A DNA stretch of 64,000 nucleotides from Macrostomum hystrix (lineage: Eukaryota; Animalia; Platyhelminthes), in NCBI GenBank assembly GCA_950097015.1, contig CATNEN010000034.1:5394001-5458000 (forward strand), written 5' to 3'. The stretch's first letter is position 1. Each line of letters begins with the position of its first letter. Both the position numbers and the translations under genes were made by a program. The notes under the pieces were generated by a model. That model did not search any database. It worked only from the letters and a program-made list of their open reading frames with translations, and had not been told where the DNA came from. Shown here one piece after another: positions 37,001 to 49,569 of this stretch.

Positions 37001-37504
37001 TAGTTATTGTTAAAAGGTCTTATTTAGCATAATTCTATTATGCTAATAGAATTCACGTGTGTGACATTGTTAAGACAGACGTACATAATTCTATTAGCAT
37101 AAGGGATAAAGAAATCACAAAATGTTTATAAAGGAATAAAGCTAGCAAGTAATATTAGTAGCATCTTACAAATGTAAAATATGTAAAATATATATATATT
37201 GTTAATTGAAAAATTATTATTTATAGTTGTTTGGCCTATCTATCAATTGAAAGGTTGATATAAAATACATTTTGTAAATAAATAAAATAATTCAACATAA
37301 TATGCAAAAATGTGATTTTTTTAGAAATAAGCTAGTTATGTAAGTGTTTGTCATGATTTTTATGCCTATAAGTTATGTAATTTTGGGTAAATTTTCCACC
37401 TATTGTATGATCTCAAAATGTAATATTCTATTGCCACACCTAATTTCATAATTGATAACAACCAAATTGCAGCAATTGTCCAGTATCATGCATCTTGCAT
37501 TAAA

Positions 37505-39407
37505 ATGAAGAGAAAAGGCCAAAAATCTGACCAACCAGCTGCTAAGAAGCGAGTTAAGCTAAGAAGCTTAAACCATCTAATTACTTGCAAGCTGTGCAAG
37601 GGTTATTTAATTGATGCAGCAACTGTTACAGAGTGCTTGCACACATGTGAGTCAGAGCTGTCATCATTTTTTACTCACTGATTTTATTATCTGTATTTAA
37701 ATAGTGCTGATAACTATTTCTTTATACCTAAATTCATTGACTTTGCAGTCTGCAAATCCTGTATCGTAAAACACCTGGAAACTAAGAATACATGCCCAGA
37801 GTGTGGCATTTTAATTCATCACAGTCACCCACTGCACTACATCAGGTAAATGGATGAGTTACATGTTGTGTTTTTATATGTTTAGCGACCTTGTTAACGA
37901 TAGAATAACTAGATGGGTTTTTGTTTGACCCATTGACCATAAACTATGAATTTCGATTATTAGAGGACCCGTATGACATAGACTATTGTTTCTTGGAATA
38001 TCAGTGGACCATAGACTATGCAATATTAAAGGACCAGTATACTGCAGACTGATGGGAAATTCAATTGTTTAATTATTGGACAATTTAATTAAGAGCAAAA
38101 GCCGAATTACCATTGCACACATCGTCCTCTCCCACACCACTGACAGCCTGGACCGCACCCTCCAAGATGTGGTCTACAAGCTCGTACCGAATCTTCTTCA
38201 ACGAGAGCGCGAACGGGAAGCTAAGTTCTATCGTCGGCGCGGCCTGGAACCGCCCAACAGGGAGGAGTCGGCCTCTGTGGCGCGCCATCTTGCCCAGACT
38301 TTGATTGCTTCTTCTGATTGCGGTCCTTCAACCTCAGCGGCATCGTCAGCTAATTATAATCGTGGAAATCACCATAGCAACAACGGTGACGCCAGCAAGG
38401 GTGACGAGGATTTCGGGCGCGGCGGTGGAATACAGCAACACGAAGTCAAGCAGGAAAAAGATTCGGCTAATGATGGTCATCGAGGAGATGAACAGGTGAG
38501 CTTTTGCAGTGGAGCATGACCTACTGAATGACTAGTTAATAGCGCATGACCTACTGAATGACTAGTTGATGGGGCATGACCCACTGAATGACTAGTTAAT
38601 AGCGCATGATCCACTGAATGACTAGTTGATGGGGCATGACCCACTGAATGACTAGTTAATAGCGCATGATCCACTGAATGACTAGTTAATAGCGCATGAC
38701 CTACTGAATGACTAGTTGATGGGGCATGACCCACTGAATGACTAGTTAATAGCGCATGACCTACTGAATGGCTACTTGATGAAACATAACCCACTGAATG
38801 ACTAGTTGATAGGGCATGACCCACTGAACGGCTACTTGATGAAACATGACCCACTGAATGACTACTTGATGGGGCATGACCCACTGAATGAGTAGTTGGT
38901 AGAACATGACCCACTGAATGAGTAGTTGGTAGAACATGACCCACTGAATGAGTAGTTTGTAGAACATGACCCACTGAATAACTAGTTTATGTAACATGAC
39001 CCACTGTATGACTAGTTTATGTAACATGACCCACTGAATGACTAGTTTATGTAACATGACCCACTGAATGACTAGTTTATGTAACATGACCCACTGAATT
39101 ACTAGTACACAGTGTTCTATCAACTCTTGTCCCTCCCCAGGTGAGTCTGAGGCTAGTCACGGCTGAACCGGAGCTCAAACAAATTGATCGTATGTACATC
39201 CGCCTGTCCGCTCTGGCCACCGTCACGCACGTGAAGAAGTACATTGCCATGCAAGTATTCGAAGACGCTAATCGATTTCGCGAGATTGACATCACCTGCG
39301 ATAATCAGCTGCTAGGCAAGGACCACTCGCTGAAGTTTGTGGTAGTTACTAGGGCTTCACGACCGCAGCCGTTGACATTGCACTATTGCATGAAACTGCA
39401 ATTCTGA
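37505..39407 (+). CDS. PCGF3: Polycomb group RING finger protein 3-like, copy 2, full length (284 aa)
   Basis: Exons 37505-37646, 37749-37845, 38147-38495, 39141-39407 (855 nt). RING plus RAWUL with DEQVS...IRLSALATVTHVKKYI...LLGKDHSLKFVVVTR...LTLHY, typical of PCGF3 / l(3)73Ah. Confidence 0.93.
38514..39105. repeat. 30-bp minisatellite in PCGF intron 3, copy 2
   Basis: Same unit as 28638-29135 but with a different variant composition. Confidence 0.95.
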
Positions 39408-40429
39408 TTGTTCCTTTAACTGTATAATTCGTAATTGTAACGAAATTAATTTAACAAAATGTGTTTAGTCTTATTTCAATTGGTCTTTCTTTTTCTTAAT
39501 ATGTTAGTAAGCTTGTTAATTTTTATTTATGTTTAATTAATTATGTTTTAGTGCACTATTTAGATAAGTTTCCCCACTGCTTCAAATGCTTTTTCTCATA
39601 GATAGCTGTCTTACTTTCGCTGCAGTTTTTGGCTTCTCTCCTAATGCTAATCTATTGAGTTGAGTTTGTGTTTTTATTGTTTAAATGTTTTGCACTCTCA
39701 GTACAAGAAGTGCAACATCAATTTAGAATTGTTGCTTTTAACATCGTTAAATTCTCCCTTTAACTTATCATTACCGAGGATATTAAGGATTAAGGATTAT
39801 CATAATGCTCCAGTTAGTATGTTAGCTTGTACCGCTAATCCTTGAGTAATGAAATGTGTAAATATTATTACTGGCAGTCGCTTAGTTTTGATCTCCACTT
39901 ATTTTGTTTCGTAAGGCAGTTTTTGTTGAGATTTAAATTTTGATTACTATCGCTAAATTGCACAGATTTGTCAAGCCCTGCAGGTCTATCTATTGTGTTA
40001 GTCATTTAAAATAGTTGCTATGCTCCTACTATATTAAATTAGATCATACCTGCGCATGCTGTATTTATTTAAGAACACTATTCATCATATTTCATAAGTA
40101 AATTATATTGTGACTTTGCTGTCTAAACTGTATAAATATGTTAGTTGTATTGTAAAATTCTATATTTGCTTGCAAAATACAGCTGTTAGAGTGTCAGTAT
40201 TGCCTTTGGGTATATTTATTTGCTGTTTCCTTTTTTATTTTTCGTATCTTAGAGTTAATAATCAGTGATCTCAAAAGTAGCGGGATTTCTAAAGAAGCAC
40301 TAAGAAGAGAATTTCTAAGAGGTCAGAACTACCAGAGTTTCAGAAGTAACGGAATCATTAAGAGAACAAAGTAACGACAGTATAAACAGATCAGAAGCAA
40401 CGGAATTCCTGAGAGATCAGAATTAATGA

Positions 40430-41400
40430 AATTTCCAAGAAACTAGAATTAACGGAATTTCTAAGAGACTAGAATTAACGGAATTTCTAAGAGACTAGAA
40501 TTAACGGAATTTCTAAGAGACTAGAATTAACGGAATTTCTAAGAGACTAGAATTAACGGAATTTCTAAGAGACTAGAATTAACGAAATTCATAAAAGATC
40601 AAATTTCATAAATTTTTTAAGAGACTAGAATTAACAGAATTTCTAAGAGACTATAATTAACGGAATTTCTAAGAGACTAGAATTAACGGTATTTCTAAGA
40701 GACTAGAATTAACGGAATTTCTAAGAGACTAGAATTAACGGAATTTCTAAGAGACTAGAATTAACGGAATTTCTAAGAGACTAGAATTAACGGAATTTCT
40801 AAGAGACTAGAATTAACGGAATTTCTAAGAGACTAGAATTAACGGAATTTCTAAGAGACTAGAATTAACGGAATTTCTAAGAGACTAGAATTAACGAAAT
40901 TCATAAAAGATCAAATTTCATAAATTTTTTAAGAGACTAGAATTAACAGAATTTCTAAGAGACTAGAATTAACGGAATTTCTAAGAGACTAGAATTAACG
41001 GAATTTCTAAGAGACTAGAATTAACGGAATTTCTAAGAGACTAGAATTAACGGAATTTCTAAGAGACTAGAATTAACGGAATTTCTAAGAGACTAGAATT
41101 AACGGAATTTCTAAGAGACTAGAATTAACGGAATTTCTAAGAGACTAGAATTAACGAAATTCATAAAAGATCAAATTTCATAAATTTTTTAAGAGACTAG
41201 AATTAACAGAATTTCTAAGAGACTAGAATTAACGGGATTTCTAAGAAACCTGAATTAACGGAATTCATAAAAGATTAGAATTCATAAAATTTCTTAGAGA
41301 CTAGAATTAACGGAATTTCTAAGAGACTAGAATTAACGGAATTTCTAAGAAACTAGAATTAACGGAGTTCATAAAAAGATGAGAGTTAACGCAATTTCAG
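40430..41400. repeat. 26-bp minisatellite (GAGACTAGAATTAACGGAATTTCTAA)n with a recurring variant block
   Basis: Variant block AACGAAATTCATAAAAGATCAAATTTCATAAAT recurs near 40580, 40895 and 41155. Confidence 0.95.
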
Positions 41401-41547
41401 ACAGATCAGGAGTAACGTAATTAAAAAATCGAGTAGTTTGGAGTACCAGTTCTAGTCTAAGCACTTGGATATAATACACCAATATTCACTTCAGTGCCGC
41501 TATCACCGGAGGCGGTTGTCTGCTGTCAGCACCGGCTCTATAGCTGA

Positions 41548-44500
41548 ATGGCGACCTCTAAAGCGGCCGGATCGTTATTCCGCAGTGGCGGTCTCGGCAT
41601 CGGCGACTGGGCCGCCGCTGTTGACTCGGACGACGAATCGGAAGCGATTGAGACTGACGCCCTAGTTAACAATGGAAGCGGTGCGAGCGGCGGACAGTTC
41701 TGGGGTGCCGGCATCTCCATACCAATGCAGTCCAGGAATCAGCCGAAAAGTAAGCAAACATTTTTACAAATCTTTTTCCTTTGCATCCTACTGTCAGTAG
41801 AGTTTTTAGCGTATTTATAATTGTCATGTAATTCTGTGAGCGCGAAACGTACATTTTAATAAAATAGCATGCACAAATCTATAGCTAGCTACCATGTGAT
41901 ATGTCTGTGCTTACAGTATCTCTACTCGCTCGACAGGGTACCATCTTGAATTTCTCTTATACTGGCACCCCTACACGGTTATGTACAACGGCTTACACTT
42001 GACCTACCTTGTAAAATATTTACTCTGACCCAACCAAATGCCTAGGCGAGGGAGAGGCGGAGAAAGTTAATGAAATGGCTAATTGGTGCGTGCATGTGCT
42101 TAAAACCGATAAATTTATGCGCAATTCTCATGGCTCAAAAACTGGCAGCGAAGATATTCGTCTTGTCTGTCTGGACAAACTCGTAGTATGTTTCAAGAGT
42201 GAAAGTAGAGTAACAACAATGTCCAAATCGTTTGGCGTTAATAGCGCCGTAAATGGAGTCCCGCCAGCTGCTGATGATCTTGTTGAAGAGGAGCAGCTAA
42301 CGAATCCGTTTCGAGTGACGTCAGACAGCTACGGCACCGATGGACCAGACGACCTGTTCTCATTCAACTTCAAATCGTTGAGTCGCTTGGATTCTAGAGG
42401 TGGGCGAATATATCGTGACTATTTACTCAATAGAAGAGTAGTTATTCGTATTACAGAATGACCTGTGTTACAGAATTGTGATAGTAAATGAGATCAGAAG
42501 TAACGGAATTCCTTCACGATCAAAAGTAGCGAATTATTTTAAGATTAAAAGTAACGAATCGCTTAGAGATAAGAAACAATAATTTCTAAAATATAAGAAT
42601 AAAAATTCCTGAAGAATCAGAAGTAACGAAATTCTTTAAAGATCTGAAGTAACGGAATTCTTGAAAGATCTGAAGCAACGGAATTCTTGAAAGATCTGAA
42701 GTAACGGAATTCTTGGAAGATCTGAAGTAACGGAATTCTTGAAAGATCTGAAGTAACGGAATTCTTTAAAGATCTAAAAGCAACGGAATTCTTGAAAGAT
42801 CTGAAGTAACGGAATTCTTGAAAGATCTGAAGTAACGGAATTCTTGAAAGATCTGAAGTAACGGAATTCTTTAAAGATCAAAAAGCAACGGAATTCTTGA
42901 AAGATCTGAAGTAACGGAATTCTTGAAAGATCTGAAGTAACAGAATTCTTTAAAGATCAAAAAGCAACGGAATTCTTGAAAGATCTGAAGTAACGGAATC
43001 GCAGAAGAATGAATCTTCATTTAGTTGGCTACGCCAAAAGCGATGAAGTTGTTATTCGGATTGATGGCCTTAATTAAGTCTAGCCCTCTTGGGCCGGGAT
43101 GGAACAGCAGTGGAACAGCATCCAGTGCCCGGTTCTTCCAAAGGCTGTGTACAGCTAGCTATTCAGTCCATGGACTGGAGTGGCCGCCACAGCCACCTAA
43201 ATTACTACCCCAGCTAATGCTGGTATCTGTTTTACGGCTGGGTGAACTGAGTCAATAAAAAATTTAGTGCCTTGCTCAAAGACACAAATTGCTTCGATTG
43301 GTCCATTTACTTATTAACTTAGTCTGCTATTTTGCACCTGGCCAGGCTCCACCGTGACTGTCGGCGGCGTTGAGGCGGACATCTCCGGCGGTCAGGACGG
43401 AGCCGGGCCGCAGTACGCCGATTTTGACACCATCGACTGGTTGCGCGACATTGGCCGGCACAGGCGCCGCAATCGGGAAGTTCAAAGGCGCCGACGGACT
43501 AGTTGTAGGGGCCGGCTGGCGGCCGTGTTTGACAGCGTTTCTGGCTGGCTCTGCGTCGGCATGATCGCTGTTGTTGCAGGTTAGTGCTCAGCTGAGAACT
43601 ATTGCTCATTTTTGAATTTATTTACACAAGCCATCAAAATCCAATCTATCAGGCCTCGTTGCCGGTGTTGTCGATATCGGCACCAACTGGATGTCGGATC
43701 TGCGCAGTGGCATCTGTGTTGAAGCATTCTGGCTAAATAGGGAACAGTGCTGCTGGTCTGCTAACGATACGGGCTTCGACGATGAGCAGGCGTGTGCTCA
43801 GGTGAGTGTGCTCAAAGCGGCTACTGCTTATGATGATTGCGATTTCGTTTTGCTTTTCTGTTTAATTTTGGTTATGTTCTGTTAAGTTGGCTCTTCCGCA
43901 TTTTCCTGTCCTTTTCCTCTCCTGTAATAGTCTGTATTGTCTCTCCTGTAATAGCCTGTATTGTCATTCGTGAAATAGCCTGTATTGTATCTCCTGTAAT
44001 AGCCTGTCTTGTCTCTCCTGTAATAGCCTGTCTTGTCTCACCTGTACTAGCCTGTCTTGTCTCTCCTGTCATAGCCTGTCTTGTCTCTCCTGTAATAGCC
44101 TGTCTTGTCTCACCTGTACTAGCCTGTCTTGTCTCTCCTGTCATAGCCTGTCTTGTCTCTCCTGTAATAGCCTGTATTGTCTCTCCTGTAATAGCCTGTC
44201 TTGTCTCTCCTGTAATAGCCTGTATTGTCTCTCCTGTAATAGCCTGTCTTGTCTCACCTGTAATAGCCTGTCTTGTCTCTCCTGTAATAGCCTGTCTTGT
44301 CTCACCTGTAATAGCCTGTCTTGTCTCTCCTGTAATAGCCTGTATTGTCTCACCTGTAATAGCCTGTTCTCCTGTAATAGCCTGTCTTGTCTCTCCTGTA
44401 ATAGCCTGTCTTGTCTCTCCTGTAATAGCCTGTCTTGTCTCTCCCGTATTAGTCTGTCCTGTATGTCAGTCTTCGTCTACCCTGTCAATTTACCAGCCCT

Positions 44501-47500
44501 TAGCCTTTGTTTCTCAATGCCACACCCGGTTTCCAGTGGTTCACCTGGGCCGAGCTAGTCGGCAACAAGAACAATGACGCAGGCGCCTACATTCTGCGCT
44601 ACATTCTCTACGTATTCTGGTCGCTGCTATTCGCCCTGTTGGCCGCCCTGCTGGTGCGCGTGTTTGCCCCCTACGCCTGCGGCTCCGGCATACCCGAGAT
44701 TAAGACCATCCTATCCGGCTTCGTCATTAGAGGCTACCTAGGCAAATGGACTCTGCTAATCAAGTCTGTAGGCATTATGCTGTCAGTATCGTCCGGTCTG
44801 AGCCTTGGCAAAGAGGGCCCAATGGTGCACATCGCCTCCTGCTGTGGCAACATTATCGCTCACCTATTCCCCAAGTACGGTAGAAATGAAGCGAAGAAAC
44901 GCGAGGTTCTATCGGCTGCGGCTGCGGCCGGCGTTAGCATAGCCTTCGGTGCGCCACTGGGTGGAGTGCTGTTCAGCCTTGAAGAAGCCAGCTATTATTT
45001 CCCATTGAAGACATTGTGGCGCAGCTTCTTCTGCAGCATGGTTGCAGCGTCTGTGTTGAAGCTAGTGAATCCATTCGGCAATGATCATCTTGTACTGTTC
45101 TATGTTGAGTACAATTCCACCTGGTCAGTGATGGAGATTGGCCCGTTCATTCTGCTGGGCATTGTTGGCGGCGTATTTGGCGCCGCTTTCATTCGGGCCA
45201 ACGTTTGGGTCTGCCGGCACAGGAAATTCGGCCGATTGGGCCGATTTCCCGTAGTGGAAGTGCTGGGCATCGCCTGCTTAACAGCTCTGGTTGCGTTCCC
45301 CAATCCCTACACCCGCATGAACACTAGCCAGCTAATTAAAGTGCTATTTAGCAAATGCGGCCCAGAAGATGTCAACGAGCTGTGTGACTACCAGCGCAAC
45401 ACTACTAACGACTTCTCCGGCTCCGCCCCGGCCGGACCCGGTATCTACAGCGCCATGTGGAAACTGCTGCTGGCCTTCGGGTTCAAGATTGTCATCACGA
45501 TATTCACTTTTGGCATCAAGGTTAGTAAAATTGGTTGGTTGCACCAGTTTTAGTGCAATTTTATGGCTGGGTTGAACTGGAGCAAAGCAGAGTTAAGTGT
45601 CTTGCTAAATGATACAAAATGTTTCAGTGGAGTCGGGAATCGAACCTACGACCTTTAAGTAATTATAGGCTAGAACCCAATTATTATTACTTTTGTCGCA
45701 CTATACTCGTGCAATATTTTCTATCAAGTGAAAAAAAATTTTACAGTCGTCTTCTAAACTAAATCATTAAAAGGTTATATAATGTTTTATTTAATTAACA
45801 TACCAGTTAGGCTTTAGTGGACATGTTTCACATATTTATTTAATCACGGCCTGTGGCTTGGAAAGGCTTGAGAATAAATAAATGGCTGCAACTGCATGCC
45901 AGATAAGAACCTAGTGAACTAGGCTTTGTACATTGCCTAGTAGCAATGGCATATAATTTAACTTTCCTTTTTTCTAGTTTCGTATCTGTAACCAACGCAC
46001 AGTACTGGGTTAAGCATACACCGACTTGCCTGCCCACTCACCTTGTTGGGTCTGTAATCAATTTTAATACCAGCCTGGTATCATGTAGCACCCTACCAAA
46101 GTAAGCTTATTCTTTTAAAAAAGCTAGACTCTTTAAAGTTTTTAAAAAATTAATTTTTAAGCTAGACTGCTTGTTTAGTTACTTTTTACTTTATGCTAGT
46201 ATTTGATAAAGTCTAACCAGAGGTTGTAGCCTAGTGGTTAGGGCGTCGGACTCACGACTTGAAGGTCGGGGGTTCGATTCCCGACTCCACTGGAACAATT
46301 TGCGTCCTTTAGCAAGACACTTAACTCTGCATTGCTTCAGTTCACCCAGCTGTTAAATGGGTACCAGCATCAGCTGGGATAATTGAAGGTGGGTGTGGCG
46401 TCCCCCAGTCCATGGACTGAACAGCTGTATGCAGCCTTCAGATGCGGCGCGCATTAGCTGCGGCTGTGCTGTCGGCTGCACATCTGACCCAATGGGGACA
46501 GGTGTATTATTATTATTTTTATTATTTTTTATTAGTATTTGATGTTTTTTAATCATCTCAACTACTGAGAAAATGATACTGAGAAATCTATACTTCTAGA
46601 ATACTCAATAGGCGTTTCATTTAACAGTAGGACTACCAAGCCATTTTGCCGCCCGTTTTTATACCAAGGGGGGAATTGACAATTTTTTTTGGCAGCGCCC
46701 GAATGCTAACAGCGTTGGGTTGTGACTTGATTTGATGTGACAGCGATGGTGTCCTGTGGTTGAGCTGCGCCTAATATTTTGGCTTGAGCATTGAAATTTG
46801 AGAAATTCGCGTCATACCTGAAATACCCTGGTCTTTCTACTACTACATGTGACTCGCAGGTGCCATCGGGTCTTTTCATCCCGTCGCTAGCCGTTGGCGC
46901 CATAGCCGGTCGCGTATTAGGAAATCTACTAGAACAGGTGGCTGTAGCCAACATGGAAGCCTTCCCATTCCGTCTGTTCTGCCGGGCTGGTCAGCCGTGC
47001 ATCAACAGCGGCCTGTACGCCATGATTGGAGCGGCCGCTGCTCTAGGCGGAGTGACCAGGATGACTCTATCCCTAGTGGCAATCATGCTGGAGCTCACTG
47101 GCGGCCTACAGTACATTGTTCCTTTGATGATTGCCGCCGTCACCGCGAAATGCGTCGGCGAAGCCATCACAAAGCACGGCATCTACGAAGAGCACGTTAG
47201 ATTGAACGGCTATCCTTTCCTGGACAATAAGGAGGAGTTTACGCATACCACCATTGCTGCTGACGTCATGCGACCAAGACCTGGCGAACCTGCTCTGCGT
47301 CTGCTATATCAGGACTCGATGACTGTTGAGTCAGTAGAACGGCTATTAGCTAGTTCTGATGTGAACGGCTTCCCTATTGTTGTATCGGAGCAGTCGCATT
47401 ATCTTGTTGGCTTTGTTACCAAACAGGAGTTGGCTTTGGCTATCGGTGAGATTCCTTCCAATATATTTCTTATCAACAGTTAAATCATTACGTCAAGGGT

Positions 47501-48770
47501 AAGATGACTCGCATGCTAACTATACAAGATTTTGTATGTAGAAACTAGCAGATTCGACCCCCCTCATAAAAAATGATGTTTTTCCTCACGTAATTGTCTT
47601 TTACATAGACTGATAAATAGAGATTACAAACAGCACAGCTGACTCAGTTGAGTTATGTGTACGACCGCACCAGTGGTACACAGCCGAGCTGCTGCGCGGC
47701 GCATCCGAAGGCTCTTGAGATGAGACTCGAACTCCCAACCTCTCGACTGGAGTTCAGAAGCTCTAACCAAAGGGTTGGGAGGGTGCGGCAGAACGGTTAA
47801 TGCGTTTGCCTCTTTCACTAAGGTACCTGAGCTCGATTCCGCAGTGAGGTCAGATTCATTTGGGGCGCAGCCGCGGATAGAAGGCTTTGGTGCTTGTGCA
47901 ATTTACGCCATTGAGGGCCAACCTCCAAGGCACAGTGAAAGTGTACAATACCTGATGATGAGAAATTCAGGGCAGATGTACACACCTGTGTAAGTGTGTG
48001 CTCAGGAGTCAGCGAAATGGGCAGAATTGCTTCCTCGCTTGCTGCGGCCCTGCGGGTCTACTGTAACCAAATGATGTGCCACTGCCCTCAGCCCTCCTGC
48101 AAATATCTTCAGTATTCCTCTTCAATTGTAATAGGTAAAGCCAATACTAAATACTAATAAAAACGAACACCAACTATAGCCATTTTAGTATATTGGACTA
48201 GCAATTTCAACCCCCGTTCCATAAAATTCCCATTCCATTCATCATCTAGAATATTCCCGCAAGCACGAGGACGGTATAGTGAGCGAGTCGCTAGTCTACT
48301 TCACTGAACGGCTCGCCCACGGCGGCGATGCCAGGCGCTCCGATCAGCCGCCAGAGCTCAAGCTCAGACGAGTTGTGGATTTGGTAAGCTAAAAATAACT
48401 AACAGTACGAATAATGTTCTATAAGCCATCGAAAACCGCTTTGCAATCAGACCTCTACATCCTGAGCTATGCTCAAAAGGGAAAGGACTTTTGGAACTCC
48501 CCTCGTATGACGAGTATAAACTCCACAAAAAATGTGTTTTTTTCATAACTTTTTTTACCTTTAATCCTATGCCAATTTAAACAGTCTCCAATCACGGTGA
48601 CGGATCAGACCCCAATGGAGGTAGTGCTGGAGATGTTTCGCAAGATGGGCCTACGCCAAACTCTAGTGACGCACAACGGCCGCCTATTGGGCATTATAAC
48701 GCGCAAAGATGTACTGCGCCACATTGAATATCTGCACAATATCGATCCGCATAATTTGATCTTTAACTAA
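41548..48770 (+). CDS. ClC-3/4/5-type endosomal Cl-/H+ exchanger (~824 aa)
   Basis: Exons 41548-41749 (first exon tentative), 43346-43579, 43653-43801, 44537-45520, 46860-47445, 48250-48383, 48585-48770 (2475 nt, open frame). Motifs [41 protein letters not shown], two CBS domains, ending [12 protein letters not shown]. Invertebrate co-orthologue of CLCN3/4/5. Confidence 0.93.
42219..42399 (+). CDS. Candidate alternative first exon (1b) of the CLC gene
   Basis: ATG at 42219, open frame [31 protein letters not shown]...SRLDSR, donor G|GTGGGC in phase 1 compatible with the acceptor at 43346. Confidence 0.5.
42490..43010. repeat. 26-bp minisatellite (GAAAGATCTGAAGTAACGGAATTCTT)n
   Basis: Tandem units; shares the core AACGGAATT with the 40430 array. 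Confidence 0.92.
43095..43300 (-). mobile_element. SINE family 2, partial
   Basis: CAGTCCATGGACTGG; CCAGCTAATGCTGGTATC...GGCTGGGTGAACTGAG; TGCCTTGCTCAAAGACACAA. Confidence 0.75.
43915..44460. repeat. 24-bp minisatellite (CTCCTGTAATAGCCTGTCTTGTCT)n in CLC intron
   Basis: About 22 units; source of the [11 protein letters not shown]. Confidence 0.95.
45555..45680 (-). mobile_element. SINE family 2, 5' part
   Basis: Reverse complement GTAGGTTCGATTCCCGACTCCACTGAAACA...TTAGCAAGACACTTAACTCTGC...TTCAACCCAGCC matches 46270-46350. Confidence 0.8.
46222..46530 (+). mobile_element. SINE family 2, full length, (TAT)n tail
   Basis: tRNA-like head TAGCCTAGTGGTTAGGGCGTCGGACTCACGACTTGAAGGTCGGGGGTTCGATTCCCG; central GCAAGACACTTAACTCTG...CACCCAGCTGTTAAATGGGTACC; tail TATTATTATT. 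Confidence 0.88.
47630..47772 (-). mobile_element. SINE family 2-related, internally deleted
   Basis: Reverse complement: TTGGTTAGAGCTTCTGAACTCCAGTCGAGAGGTTGGGAGTTCGAGTCTC head joined to GCCTTCGGATGCGCCGCGCAGCAGCTCGGCTGTG. Confidence 0.65.
47773..48105 (+). mobile_element. SINE family 1
   Basis: GGTGCGGCAGAACGGTTAATGCGTTTGCCTC head, GCTCGATTCC B box, family body. Confidence 0.88.
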
Positions 48771-49569
48771 ACATTATCTTCTCGCTTCTTATTGTCTTGA
48801 ACTGTGTGCAACTTTCTCTTGTCTAGTTGATTGAGGTCGTATTGAATTATACATTTGTTTCTAGATATCACCTCAAACATCTGAAATCCACAACAGCAAC
48901 ACTGGCCTCACTCAACAATTACACTGTCTCAATAACTCTACGAGTAACTCTAGCAGTACTGTGTTGTCTTTTAATCTTTAGTCGCCAAATGCGTGCTGTT
49001 TTTCATTCTAATGCATTCTAATGCTAATTATTAATGCGAACATTAAATCAATAATGTTCTTTGTTATAATAGCCCTTAGATCATGATATTTTCCTTATTT
49101 TTTTTTAATCCACTTTTGGTGTTTTTTAACGATATGTAATAAATCACTGACTATGTACTGTTGTGCTTATTGAACTAAAAAGTATGCTAAAGCGTTCTTT
49201 AATCTGCAGTGCTTCCCAGCCCAAACAGAAGTTCACCTATGTTGTTTTGCTGTTTTTTCTCTTTGTTTGCCTTAGCTTTCACATTAGAATCTAGCTGTTG
49301 TAGGTTTCATATTTTTTAAAATAAAATTGTGCCTGTGAACTTTCTAAATAAACTGTTCTGTTTGTGTTGCAATGAGATTCATTCGATACCGTGTCTATTT
49401 AAAGGCTTTTAGAATCTAATAATTTATTTACATTTTACGATAATGAAAGAAACTTATTGTTCAGCTTTCTTTAGTTCTATTTACAATGCTAGTGTACTTA
49501 AAAAACTTTTAATTAACTAAAAAGCCGACTCATATTCACTTGTTGACTAAGTTTCTTTTTTGTGCCTAA

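Larger units (their letters stand above)
29309..39274. repeat. Tandem segmental duplication, copy 2
   Basis: Junction ...GACGCTAATCG|TCATTGCAG joins the sequence at 39274 to the sequence at 19386. Confidence 0.95.

Noticed and set aside
28601-39123. SHSVGH / VIQWVM repeat ORFs
   Set aside because: Antisense translations of the PCGF intron 3 minisatellite.
43837-44577. 246-aa [11 protein letters not shown]
   Set aside because: 24-bp intronic minisatellite within the CLC gene.
46222-46295. Possible tRNA gene (and similar heads at 3793, 13614 and 53804)
   Set aside because: Acceptor and anticodon stems do not pair properly, and each head is fused to a repeated SINE body.
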